A DNA stretch of 64,000 bases, from NCBI RefSeq assembly GCF_006345805.1, contig NC_043001.1, forward strand, positions 43,338,001 to 43,402,000, read 5' to 3'. This document shows positions 1 through 13,400 of this stretch, piece after piece. The position numbers and the translations under genes are program-made. Below the pieces are notes generated by a model. The model was not told the DNA's origin. It saw only the letters and a program-made list of their open reading frames with translations, and ran no database searches. The DNA is from Octopus sinensis. Its lineage: Eukaryota. Position 1 is the stretch's first letter. Every line of letters begins with the position of its first letter.

Positions 1-330
1 GCTTTGTATTTATACAAGTTAACTCCAAATCTCACCCAGAGACCTCAAGAGACAAGTTAGAAGTTCAAGTTGGTATTATGCCTAGGGTGTCATATATTTG
101 GTTTTGTACATTGTATTGTTCTAGAGCGTTTTAGATTACATAGACAGTATTTTACGTAGGATATGGGCAGTTCCCATGAGCACTATCTTTTGAATTTCTA
201 CCATTTTGGGGTTTCCTGGTATCTGAACTAGGTAAGAACCACCCCCTTTTGCTATCATTCCTAAGGCACCTATGACAACAGGTATTGTTTTAGTCTTGAG
301 GTTCCACACTTTTTCAGAGTAACACATGCA
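1..330 (-). mobile_element. 3' end of an R4/Dong-like (RLE-type) non-LTR retrotransposon: ORF C-terminus plus 3' UTR
   Basis: ORF 136-327 reads KVWNLKTKTIPVVIGALG...LQ/IQKIVLMGTAHILRKILS*, the C-terminal signature I recognise from RLE-clade elements. Clade assignment is from recall. Confidence 0.7.
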
Positions 331-460
331 CGATTTTCATTAAGAAAAAAAAAAAAAATTTTTTTTTTTTTAGTGGAATCAAGTACCCTGACCTCCTAAT
401 ATGCTGCAAATCCCTTATTTTGGTTCAGGAAGGTGGGGCGGCGAAGGGACCCCCCCCCCC

Positions 461-825
461 GTCCTGGATTCATTGGAATTTTTTTTTCTCCGTTGAATGA
501 ATTCCTGTGACATCCTAATATGCTACAAAAACCTTTTTGGGGTTCGAAAAACGGAGTGGGGTGAGGTGGAAGCTTCAGAAATTTCACCTACCTCTACCCC
601 CATTGATCTTTTCATCAGCACGATTTTCACTAAGGATAAAAAAAAAATTCCAATGAATCCGGGACGGATTTCCCTAACCCTAACTCTGAAAAGATGAATG
701 GGAATGGGGTGGGTGAAATTTCCGAGGCTTCCACCTCACCCCACTCCGTTTTTCGGACCCCAAAAAGGGTTTTGTAGCAGGGATTCACTCAATGAAAAAA
801 AAAAAATTCCAATGAATCCAGGACC
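461..825. repeat. Imperfect inverted repeat (foldback) with long homopolymer runs
   Basis: GTCCTGGATTCATTGGAATTTTT (~461) versus AAAAATTCCAATGAATCCAGGAC (~801-823). CGGAGTGGGGTGAGGTGGAAGC (~552) versus GCTTCCACCTCACCCCACTCCG (~727). Confidence 0.55.
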
Positions 826-884
826 GGAAATTTCGGGCCTATAGTAGAAAAGATTATTTTCATTATTATTATTGGTTTTTTAAA

Positions 885-1550
885 ACAGGCTATTAGAGTA
901 GAAACTGTAGAATTTAGCAGGGAACTAGCGAAGACTAGAGTAGAGAGAGACCGTTTTGGGAAATTAGAAGAGGCACTGAGTAGAGGCATGGCGACTGATG
1001 TGCTGGCAGCGAGATTGGTTCTGAACCAATTCTTCAACACCAAGCATGAAGTTTGCATTGTCAGAGCTAGGGCATGTGCTCTATAGCAAGAGGGAAATGA
1101 AAGCTGTTCGATTGGCCTAGGTGGCCAAGGCGCAACGTGGTAATAAAACTACAATTCGGTCTTTAAGAGGTCGGGATGGGCACATGCTACACGAGTCGAA
1201 GCAGATTTGTGCGGAATTTCAGCGGTACTTTGCTGAACAGTACGCGCGGTGGCCCAGAGGCGGAGGTGAACTTCACTTACTACCTTGATGGTATGCCGCG
1301 GCTTTTGGCCAGGGACATAGAGACCTGCAAAATGCCGATAACAGCTGAAGATACACGTGACGTGTTGCACAAGGGAGCGGTTCCGGGATTGGATGGTCTG
1401 CTCTTCGAGTTTTATATACATATGCCAGACTTGTTTGGTGAGCTTTTGGGAAACGTCTGCTGCAACTGGCAGCAGAATGGGAGAATACCCAGATCTGTGA
1501 GCCGAGGTGTGGTAACACTACTGAGAAAACATCCGAACAATGGGGACATA
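885..1550 (+). mobile_element. Decayed L1/Tx1-like LINE ORF2 fragment (linker into the RT domain)
   Basis: ORF 1176-1595 contains PITAED...PGLDGLLFEFY...RIPRSVSRGVVTLLRK, matching the PGxDG..EFY pre-RT motif. Upstream frames contain stops and frameshifts. Confidence 0.7.
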
Positions 1551-1984
1551 TTTTTTTCCAATGCTCCAACGATTCTGCGAATCCCTCGGCCTTAATATTC
1601 AATAATGAGAGCAATATATGGGTTTTCGTTTCTTGTAATCTGATTAGTATGAACATGCTTATTGCAAATACGCCCATTCTCAGTTCCACAAACATACAAT
1701 GTTTTGCGATGGTCAAATGATTCTCTTCAATTTCACTTTGTCACAGTCTTTGCTATTTTTACTTTTTTTTTTTCAAAAGAGCTTGCTGTTATATCTGCAC
1801 TCATATTATTCTGTAACTTTCAAAAAAAAAAAAAAAAATTAACACTTTAATCTCACATGAATTACTTTGTCATATTACTGTGGGAAATTTCTCTAAAAGA
1901 GAAATCTTTGCAGAAAGGTGAGTAGATTGATTACATATTTCTTTCATTATGTTATCGCAGTTTTGTGAGATTTGGCTGTTATTT

Positions 1985-2350
1985 CTAGCATGTGGATAGC
2001 CTGCTTGAAGACCAAGGCCGTAGAATTGGGAGGTGGGGGTGAAAAATTGAAACTTTACAATTCTTTTTCAGAATCATGGGAAAGATCCTCATAGGATTTT
2101 TAAACAAACCTGGGGGTGAGGAGAGGACGGAAAATTCACAAGATCCGATTTTCCCCTCCATAACTTTCAGGAAAATGGATACATACGGAATCACTCGTTT
2201 ATGGTGAATGCGATTCTGAAAAAAAACAACAAAATTCCAAAAATCGCAAATTCAAAATTTCAATTCTCTCCCCCACCCATTCCTTCGGTTTTTCCGGAAT
2301 TTTCTTTTTTTTTTGAGAAATACGTAGATATCCTTACGAGGATCTTTTTT
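1985..2350. repeat. Dispersed repeat family with a (GG)ATCCGATTCTGAAAA core, copy 1
   Basis: Shares CTAGCATGTGGATAGCCTGCTTGAAG...GCCGTAGAATTGGGAG and GATTCTGAAAAA blocks with 4970-5760 and 29325-30130. Confidence 0.55.
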
Positions 2351-2583
2351 TTTATGTGACACATTGAACCAATATCCAAAGTTTCAAAGTGTTTAGTTAA
2401 AAAAAAAATGTGCTTCAGATGGAACTGATCCTATTTATTTTCTACAGTTAACACCCAGCGGGGTTTTTTTTTATTTTCGTTAACGGGTGAGGATCTTTAT
2501 ATAGATCAAACATTTTACAAAATTACGATTATCTAAAAAGATATTTTTAAATATCTATTTTTACCATAAACTCCACGATTCTC

Positions 2584-2953
2584 TTTTATTTGCTTCAGTT
2601 ATTTAACTGTGGCCATACTGGAGCAAATCGACCCAGGACTTATTCTTTGGAAGCCTAGTACTTATTCTATCGGTCTTTTGCCGAACCGTCAAGTTACGGG
2701 GACATAAACTCACCAGCATCGGTTGTCAAACGACGTTGAGGGGATAAACAGACACACAAACATATATATATATGGCATTCATTCGATATGAGCGCCAGAT
2801 ATATATATATATAGAACGGGCTTCTTTCAGTTTCCGTCTACCAAATCCACTCACAAGGCTTTGATCGCCCCAAGGACGCTATAGTAGAAGACACTTGCCC
2901 AAGGTGCCACGAAGTGGGACTGAACCCGGAACCACACAGCCACTCCTGCGCCT
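2584..2953 (-). mobile_element. tRNA-derived SINE (cephalopod-type)
   Basis: Minus-strand head AGGCGCAGGAGTGGCTGTGTGG...GGGTTCAGTCCCAC (A/B-box-like), then GGCAAGTGTCTTCTACTATAG and CCTTGTGAGTGGATTTGGTAGACGGAAACTGAAAGAAGCCC. Related copies at 16840, 22900, 50900, 51240 and 55060. Confidence 0.8.
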
Positions 2954-4197
2954 ATACTAAAAAAAATTCGAAAAGGCGGGAAAAATGAAAATGTTACAGA
3001 AGACGAGGAAGACACAAATATATTAAAAATTCGAGTTTCTCTCTTCTTTTGCAAAATCACTATTTCCTAGAAATCGAAAGGTTTGGGTGAAGTTGATAAT
3101 TGACGGAGGTAAAGGACATGACCACGCCCCATTTCTTTTTTTTTTTACTACAGAAACCCACTTTTTCGACTGCGGAGATTCCGAATCTGCAAAAAGAAAA
3201 ATCGGCATTTCAAAGGGATTGTGGTACATGTACTTCACCTCCGCCTTGGTAATTTTCGTCGCTATTGTATAAGATTACCTATACACATTTTTCATAACTC
3301 TTTTCATACAACTCTGTACATACATATTTGGTCAACATCGACGAGAACATTTAATAAATGTTACTATTCACTCATCACTTCGCTTGTATCTTTCTGAGTA
3401 TGTGTATGTATGTATTGTGTTAAAATATTATTAGTATGGCTATTTGTACAAACTTGACTTATGTGAGGAGGGGAAAGGGTTTAAAAATTTAAAAGAATTT
3501 TTTTTTTCCATAATCGTATGAATTCCCGTATGTAGAACACAAATTCACAAAAATTTCTGAACTTTCCAAAAAAATAAAGTTATGAAGGGGAATACGGGGT
3601 GCATTAAACCAGAATTAAACCGCTAATTGGAGCACTTAAAAAGACTAATGTCCGATGTTTAAAATAAAATTTCGCATGCTTTTACGTATCCATACTGATT
3701 TTCGCGTATCCACAAAGAAATTGGACACTGAATTTTCCATTTTGAAAATTTTTCATTTCAGACGGTATATTCAGGGATACTCCAAAATTCATCAAGAAAA
3801 TTTGATGAAAATGATTTGGCCTATTGTTTACGGATCGAATACAATACTCTAAAAAATGTTTAACCTAAGCTGAAATTAAAAACACTCGTACATACATTTT
3901 CTATAAAACCCTAAAATTGTAAAATGTCTCATATAAAAAATGACTGTATCAATTGCAGTGTCATTAATCAAATCTTGAAATGTCTGAGTTGACGTTGACG
4001 AAAAAGTAAGGCTATTGTGACCTTGTGTAATGCTGATAGTGATATCTTCTTTCTTAACACCGGTCCTGTTGTCAAATTTCTTCTCTGAAATAGTGAGGGC
4101 AGTGAGAAATAATGCTGAGTTTGGTATCTATCTTGTTCAAAGATAGCAATTCCTAAAATAAGTTTATATACAATCGAAGACATTTGTTATCGGCCAA

Positions 4198-4320
4198 CAC
4201 GTGCGTACGATGACCTACCGCATGCTTTTCCGACCAGTTTGTCACCTGATTGCCGCCAGAAACGTAACTAGGGCTTGTTTTGCGATTCGTCCTTCCCCCA
4301 CTTTTTATCTCACACACGTG
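4198..4320. promoter_or_regulatory. Two canonical E-boxes (CACGTG at 4198-4203 and 4315-4320) at the MTHFD start
   Basis: Motifs seen directly in a CpG-richer first-exon region. Function not demonstrated. Confidence 0.35.
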
Positions 4321-4433
4321 TCTCCTGCCTCTTGTTCTAGACCGATAACAGTAACAAGACTTAATTCGAATTATTCTGCAGAACGTCACCAAACTACCAT
4401 GGCAACTTTACTGAGCGGTAAAGAGGTTTCAGC
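4210..4433 (+). CDS. MTHFD1: MTHFD exon 1 (upstream ATG 4210; core ATG 4399 in ACCATGG context)
   Basis: Open frame from 4210 through [12 protein letters not shown], followed by donor GTAAGT at 4434. Confidence 0.85.
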
Positions 4434-7400
4434 GTAAGTTAAAATATTATTACAACTATTTATAATTTGCTTCATATGACGTGAAAATTAATTTTAAAAT
4501 GACAAAACATCATTATTTTAAGTAAGGGAAACTTTTTTTTTTTGTAATTTCACGTTTATGCTGAAATGAAATATGATCATTTAATTTCTTTGCGCGCCAG
4601 ACAGAACCAGAAATAAGGTTAAAAAAATCTAGCAACAAACGAAACTCAGTAAATAACAAAACCGATATTTAAACAAAGAACTGCGCCATTCAAAATCTGT
4701 TTTGAATAACAAGGGTATCCATGTAAATAGTTTGTTGCACTAAAATATCAAAGTGCTTAAACCAGAATTTCGCCAAAATATTTTTTCACGAAAATGTTTC
4801 GGATTGCGTGCTTCAAGATAACGGGAAAATGCACGAATCGTTTAAATATAAGCATGCTTCTGTTAGTAAACAAACTTCGTGATAAGAGTGGCTTGGAAAA
4901 TAATGGTCACGATATAAAGATCTTCACCCGGGAACAAAAAAAATAATACACCAGCCTGGTGGGTGTTAACAAGTATGTAGAAAACGAATATATGGGGGTG
5001 GGGAGAGGACTTTCGGAAAATTCACAAGTTCCGATTTTTCCGTCATAACTTCCGCTAAAATGGATATATATATATATTGATTTTGTTTTTTACGGAATCC
5101 CACGTTTTTGGTTATGGAGGATCCGATTCTGAAAAAAAAAAATTTCAAAATTTCCATTACCCCCCGCGCACTTCATTTTTCACTTTTTCCGCAAATTATT
5201 ATTATTATTATTTTTATTTTTTTTGCAAAATACGTAGAAAAATACGAAGTTAACGATTCTGAAAAAAATTCGTTTGTAAAATTTCAATTTTTCAACAGGA
5301 AAAAAAACAAACAATATATACCCTCAGGCCTTCAAGCAGGCTCTCCACATGTTAGAAATAACAGCCAAATCTCACAAAACTGCAATCACCTTACTGCAAA
5401 GATTTCTTTTAGAGTAATTTCCCATAGTAATATGACAAAGTAATTCATGTGAAATTAAAGTGGGGTTTTTTTCTTAAACTTTTAAAAAAATTTTTTCGAA
5501 TTTTTTTTTATTCCATCAATCTACGTAGGAAAATACGGAGATTAAGTATATGGGGGAAAAAATTTTGAAGTTTTTCAGAATCGTAATCTTCGTATTTTTC
5601 TACGTATTTCGCAAAAAAAAAAAAATAATAATAAATTAAAAAATTGCGAAAAAGTGGAAAATGGAGGTGGGTGGGGGTATTGAAATTTTGAAAATGAGAT
5701 TTTTGAATTTTTTTAAATTTCAGAATCGGATCCTCCATAACCAAAAACAGTTTTCTATCACTCAAATGAAAATAAATGAATCTAAACAATATTTTTTTCA
5801 AACTTTTTCCATTTACACTCAAGCATAAAAATAATTCTTGAATTTCTTTCCCTTACTATTGCCGTTGAAAAACAAAAAAATTATTAATCATATTTCGCAA
5901 TTTTTCTTTTCCATAAAAAGATGCTGCCCTTCACTTCCAAGAGCATTGTCCAAAAAAAATCGGATAAATTCCATCTTATGTGTCCAATGAGTCCAACTAC
6001 ATCATGTTTCAGTGTTTGCTTTGTCATGGGTTCGACAGTTGGATAACCTTCCAAATGCCAATCACTTTATAGCATATTTGATGATATATAAAGCATATAT
6101 TCAGCACTTTTGAAATCACCATGCAGTTTACAGGACTATAAATTCTGGGCGGAGTCAGCTTCATGCTAGGGGACAAGGGGTTAGACTGTGAAAGAGGATT
6201 CAGATCAAGTTCTTGTAGAGGATCTGCTTTTTTCTATAAGCTTTGTAACTAATTGAATATTTCTTTCCTGGAGGTGGGGATCTTGGCATCTTGAAGTGAA
6301 GGCTAATTTATCCATAATTCTGTCATCTCTGGGAAATGAAAAATGTGCCATGTAAAATTCAGCTTTATAGGAATTATATTGATTCTTATTTGTTTTTTGT
6401 CTACATTTTCTAATGGAAAAATAGTAATATTGCCATGAATTGTTCAGGTTCACCATCAACTGTTATTTTAGAAGTTACAGTAATCACAAGCAGCTTTTTT
6501 TTTTTTTTTTTTGTGGTATGGAAATTGTAAAGAAAAAAGTTTTTACAGAATGCAAAGCTGGGGGTTTGGAAGAGGAAAGAAAAGAGAGAAGTAAATGAAA
6601 AATGTTGGTTAGTGGGGTGGGAGTGTGAAGAATACAAAAGATGTTAAAAAAAAAAAAAAACGAAATACCTGAGAGGTACAGTGGGGAATAGTGTTAAGAG
6701 ATTTTGAAAAGCATGAGCTTTTGACAGTTTTCCTTTTTAAAAACGTTAAGTGTTTCAGAATGTGTGATGTTATACAATTATAAATTATAAAATTTATTAA
6801 CTCTACATATTCGAAGCTTGTTTCTTTAGAAAATTTAATGATATTTAATCATTACCATCATTATTTAATGTCTATTTTCCATTCTAGCATGGGTTGAATG
6901 GTTTGACAAGAGCTGGCAAGCCAGAAGACTTTGTCAGGCTTTGTTGTCCATTTTTGCATGGTTTCTATGGTTGGATGCCCTTCCTAACACCAACCACTTT
7001 ACAGAGTGTAATGGGTGCTTTTTTTGTGGCACCAGTACCAGTGGGTTTGCCAAGCAACTTGTGAGACAAAGTCCTTTGACTGGAAGGAGTAGTATTGAGG
7101 GAGGTGGCTTTGTGCCAGTTGAGAGGTTAAAAGAATAGTTGAGGGATAGAAATGGGCATCTTGCTGTAAAAGAGACACAAGAATATCCCAGTTAGTCAAA
7201 GAGAGTGAGGAGATGGGGGTGGGTGCAAATATAGGTGGAATGATACAGTGGATTGAATTGGGGATGTGGACAGTGCGGATATGTGCAGGGGAAGTTTCAT
7301 AAGAATGTAAGGAGTTTAGTATTTTATTCTGGTTTCTGTTCACAGTATCAGAGCTTTGGAGTTGGAATCAGTTGTTGGGTTAATGGTGTCAGGATTAGTG

Positions 7401-10400
7401 AAAATATACTGACTGCAATATATAATTAATGATAAAATGCAATAATAATGCATTAAATTTTCCAATTTTAAAGAAGCTAATTTTAAAATATTCAGATCAG
7501 TTTTGAAGACTTCTGTGAAAGATCTAGTGGCATTAAATCTGTTTATAAGAACAAGATGTTAATAAATTTCAGATTTAGATTTTTGATTTAACCCATATTC
7601 TTTTGATATAGTGTTTTTTTGCAGTTTAATTTTTTAGTGTGTTTAATGTAATTTTTCATATTACATTTGTTAAAATTATATATTCAAACAAAACAATACT
7701 TTAACCTTGAAAAGGATATGGTCATTTATCCATTTAGCATTTGTATTACTCTGTCAAATGTAGTATTGAGATTTCAATGATGTGGTTGTTTAGGGGTTTT
7801 TTTTTTCTTTTTTTTTTTTGTCTAGAAATACCTAGTCGGGTAGTCTTGGGATGGTGGATATGGCCAGTTTAACCCTTTGACGTTCAGATAATACTGTGAA
7901 ATTTAATATTTATTTATTCACATTGTTTTGAATTAATTGTGCATTATCTTGTAGCTTTGAAATTTTGATGATGTAATTATTTTCAGAATGACATTGTAGG
8001 GTAAGTGTGAGAGGCCATATATTAACAATTTAAACATAGTACAGGTAGAATATATGGGCCAGATAATGTCAGTTTAAATGCTAATAGGTTAAGTTGCTTA
8101 GTCTTTTATGTTTAACTTTGTATTTTAGATTTTTTGAACTTGTAAACAGATGCTCCAAAAAGCCTCATTTTTTAAAATTTTGTGTTTTGTTTTATGCTTA
8201 ATTGCTTATAGTTAAATAAATAATATTTAAAAATTACAACATTAGAGCTTGGTTAACCCTTTCGTTACCAACCTGGCTGAAACCGGCTCTGGCTCTGTTG
8301 TACAAATGTCTTGTTTTCATAAGGTTTGAATTAAAATCTTCCACCAAACGTTAGTCACAATTTATGTTCCTAACACTAGCTGAATGATAACTAAGTTATT
8401 TTACTACATTCTTTGTTATATTTAAAGTAATTGAAAGAAACACTGAGCATCTCAAAATAAATACAGTAATGAAAGGGTTAAGGTGTTAAAAAGTAGCCTG
8501 ACGACCCACATTGTCCATGTATGTTATACATAATTAGTCAATTCACAAATCAAGGGGTTAGAGGAGTGATAACATAAATTGAAGAGTTGAAATTTTGCGT
8601 ACTGACACCACAAACTTGCATACATTTTGATATTAACTATTACTAATTTCTTGCTTGCTTTCTCTCAAATCTGATGTCTATACAAGTATAAGAAAAAATT
8701 ATTTACACATATAATAGCCAAATCACCTCACAATTATGCATATAATAACCAAATTACCGAGCAATCACACAACCTGATGACTTGGTAGGAAAAAGAGAAC
8801 AAACAGAATTCTAAATATAGAGACAAATTGGTCGAGGCTGACTTAAACAGCTTTTTTTTTTTTTTTTTTGTACATAGATTTCTTGAAGTTTCACCGTGTA
8901 GATGAAACTGTATGCTATTTAAGTGTCTTTGATTTGTTTTGTTAATGTCTTTTTAGGGAGATCCGCAATAAATTGAAAGAAGATATTGAAAACTTCCAAG
9001 ACAAATATCCCAAATTTTTACCTTGCTTAGTTATAGTCCAGGTGAGAATTATTTCTTGAAATTAATGTCTAATCATAATAAAAGCTGGGTTAGTTAGATA
9101 TAGTATTGCAATTAATATTCTATGTTAGATAACAATTAATCTTTGAGCTCAAGCACCTTAGAGATAATCACAGATGTTATGAATACTGCTTGAGATATTC
9201 AAATAATGACATACATACCATTGGCAATGGTTAAGGGAACTTTTAACTTTTCTCTTGTGAGATGGTTCAAGCCATCAATGTGAGCCATAAATGATAACTA
9301 GACATGAACTAGGGATCACTTCAACTGACTGCACTCTCTTTCTATAAAGAGTGAATCTCAGGTATATCAAACTCAGTGTTTTTTCTTCTATAGTTGTATA
9401 TAATTTACTATTTTTGTTACCATCACTTACTATATGCTTATAAAGAATTACTTTAATCTTGGCATATATTGATGAAATACAAAGTAGCTGCCTTATCTTT
9501 AACGTTTCCTAATGACACAATCTTTTTTTCTTTTGCGATGCTTCATCAGAAGAGGAGGGCTAGGATTAGTACCCATGACTTTCTGAAGATCTCTTCGGTA
9601 TGTGGGATTGATGCAGTTGATGCCCATTCTGGATATCTGCAAGGAGCAGGGTACTGAAACTCTGGTTCAAATGCAACTAAATGAACTTCACTAAAGACAC
9701 CCGAGGATATTGTTTTAAACTAAATTGTATTGCATGTTAAGGATTAGGATTATCACTAACATTTTGAAACTGTCATTGGATAATAAACATGAGGGCAAAG
9801 TCTTTGTTTTTATGAGATTTCCAAGATGAAGATTTCATTTCAGAGAAACTAATATTGAAAATTAAAAAGTATTTAAAATTGCTTCATTTATAGAATACAA
9901 AATAAAGTAAAGAAAATATTTGTTTCCATGTATAAATAAATGGTTTAGTCAGGTGCAGAAGTTTATATAAATGTAACAGAAATAAGAGCAGTAAGCTTAA
10001 CTTGAAAGACAAGACAATCTCAACCACATGAATTAGACTTGTTACACTACTACTACTACTACTACCTGTCTGATACTAAATATCAGACAATTGGTGTTAG
10101 TAGTAGTAGCAGTGTATAGTCATAACAATTCTTTTATTAGGTTGGAGACCGTGAAGATTCTAATGTTTATATTAGAATGAAAGTAAAGAATTCAGCTGAC
10201 ATTGGGATGAAAGCAGAGCACATCAAATTACCAAAATCTTCAACTCAAGCTGATGTAAGTTAGATAACAGTACTTACTAATTCAGTTCTTTTATTGCCTT
10301 CTCTTGTTTAGTTATTCAACTGATTTTCATCATCATCATCATCATCATCATCATTGTTTATTGTTGCTTTTTGAATAACAATACTTCTTTCATCAAACTA

Positions 10401-13400
10401 ATAACCATGTTAAATAACACTGATCACCTGACTTTCAGATTGGGTCAAGTGATATAATAAACATAAGCATCACAGGAAGCCAGCAACACTACCATATGAA
10501 TATTGTGTCTTTTTTAAAATATGTTGTTTCAAAGCTTTCTATTCGATTGTGGAATATTCTTAAGCACTTATTTTTTACATGACGCCATTACTTAAAATCA
10601 TGTCTGCTAATAAGTTTTGGAATTAACAAATTTCATGCTGAGAAGTATTTTGCTTATAATCTTATATATGACAAATATTGATAAGGATTTAATTACTGGT
10701 GTGCAATAGACTTATAATTTATTGCTGCAATAAACATGTATCCTTGCTTACCAGGCTGCTTAGTATTGTATATGACCCAATTACACTGTTTGAACACACA
10801 GCCTGTGTGTGTAGTTTGTGTGGTTAATGGATAAGTTTATTGCAGTTGATGTTCAAGTGTTACTCATTAATGGTTAAAAGTTACAAAAGAGACAAGCACA
10901 CAATTCGACTATGAGAATTGTAAAGTGTGTACCTATCAGTTCATCATTATCATTTTCAACATCTATTTTTCTATGCTTGCATGAGTCAGACAAGAGTATG
11001 CTGAAGTGTGTTCTATGGTTGGATGCATTTCCTGATGCCAACCCTCAAGATATTTGCATTTACATTTATTTTATTTTTTTAGGTGTTGGCAACAGTTAAC
11101 AGACTCAATGAAGACCTTACTGTCCATGGTATTATTGTTCAGGTACTTTGACAGCATTCTGCCTTTCTTTTCACAATTGGTAATTCTATTCAGTTAATTG
11201 GTTGATAACCTATCGGGTGGGGGCTATCTACAGCTTTAGGGATTAATCGTGTGCACTAGGAAACAAAGTTTAAATATTAACCAAGCATAAATTGTTAAAA
11301 GTATCCATAGAGCCTGGGACTTTTACAGGAAAATAAAAGGGATCATGTGAAAGGCTTATTTTCTCTAAAATCCTTAGTGATACAAGTCCAATTAAAATGG
11401 CTTTGATAATCAAAACCTTGTCTAAGCAAGAGAATATTAAAATAAAGAAAATTGCAATGTACAACAAATTGCAGCAGTTTGCATTGTTGCCCTTTCTTTC
11501 ATTGTTTATATATAGGCAGCTTTACAGTAAAAAGGCCAATGAGTGAGTCTTCACCTAGTTGTTCAATTTGCTAGAAATAACAGCCTAATTACATTCTATC
11601 AGCATAAAAAATTAACATTGTATAATTTCATGGGTGTACTTACCTGGCGATTTGATGTGTGACTATGTGTTGAAATTAAATTACAATGTGGAAGACACAT
11701 CCTAGACAATCAAAAGCACACAAAGACTGTTAACTTCACTTAAATATTTATTTTTTGGTGTCCAAATTTTTGTCGCACCAAATGATAAATGCTTAAGTGT
11801 TGCTAACAGTCTTTGTGTTTTTGAGTGGCTGATATTTGTCTTCCACACTGACATTGTATAATGTCATCTTAGATTGGATGGTCATAATTGGGATACCTTC
11901 AGCCATAGATATGCTTGGTCACAGCCACGTGAGGCTAAGCAACAACTGTATAGTAAAGAGTAGCAACAGTAGAGACTGACCAAATACCAAAGAATAGAGG
12001 GAAGTCATGTCTACAGTTTTATTTCACTTCTTGGTAATAGTTAGCTTAGTATTACACAATCTTCATTTTCATTCACCTGAGTAGAAGATTGAAGTTTTTT
12101 TAACTAAGAAATCAGTATAAATACAGACGGTTTTATCTTTTTAATTATACACATTTTTTTAAAATGATGATTTTATTAACCCCATGATAACAGGGTTTTT
12201 TTTAATCAAGCAACTAGGTTGCATTGATGGTAGTCATCTCGGCTGAGATCAGCAATTAAGCACACGACAATGGTTCAGCGTATATTTACATCAGGGGCTT
12301 TAACCAGTTTACAGCAGTGATTCATTCATTTGCCTGCACGTGGCTACGGTAATTGCACCAATTCAGGTCAGCACTTAGTACGAGATAATGTTTAACATAT
12401 AGTTACATCAACCTCTTTAGTGCAAATATTGTTTATTTACCTAAACTATATCGCTGTGCAGGATACTCATGCAGTATTATCCCTGAATCAGATCGCTCAG
12501 CAGCACAAGTCGGATCAACTTCATGTATTTACAATCACGTGAATTCAAAAATTGACTTTAGTGTGGTAGAGTTCAAAACAGGATACTGCACATAGTGGCA
12601 TATCACATTGTGAACAAATAGTATTTAGTTTCCTTATGTTTCCCTTTTGCTTTACATACTGTGCATCTCATTGGAGCATTTGTCTTCATGGCGGTGGGGG
12701 AAAATGTCCAACATGGGGATGTCCACATGTTCTGTACTTTGGAAGCTCTGATGCTTCTATCATTTCATAAAACAGTAGATTCCTGAATGTCAATTCATCC
12801 CGTTACACCACCAATTATCTGCCAAATCAAAGACACATTGTCAATTATACACAAGAAAATTTTTTTTGTACCATTTCACAAATTTTCTCACCAATTTGTG
12901 TGTTGTCGCCAGCTGATCTCAGCAATCAACCCTGCCCATCCCTTCATTGTATGAAACAACTACGCTTGGTTTCATTATAGCATTACCATCCTCATCTTGT
13001 TTCCTACTGTTCTTCATGCTTGCAGAATGTGTTGTGGATAACATGCAGACGTTTTTCTTGTCACGTCACGCTAGAGCAAGAATGCTACTATCAGTGCATA
13101 GGTACACTGTTTCCCCCTTTCAAAGTTTTATCAGGTGGCATGTTTTCCCTGTGTATCCTCACAGTCCCACAGGCATTAATCTTCCTCATCTGCAACTGCA
13201 GGAAGAGGTCTGGACTGGAAAACCAGCTGTTCATATAAATATTGTAGCCTTTGACAAACAAGCTTTCATTCAACTCTAATTGACACTAGAGTAGACACTG
13301 GAAGATCCAATCTGTCCTGATCAGTGTAGATTTTGTAATTCCACATATATCTACAGGCTTTGCTAGTTGACTGGCATACTTTATAAACCTTGACTCCAAA

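Noticed and set aside
11638-11648. ACTTACCTGGC matches the U1 snRNA 5' end
   Set aside because: Only 11 nt match. The following sequence has no U1 stem-loops or Sm site.
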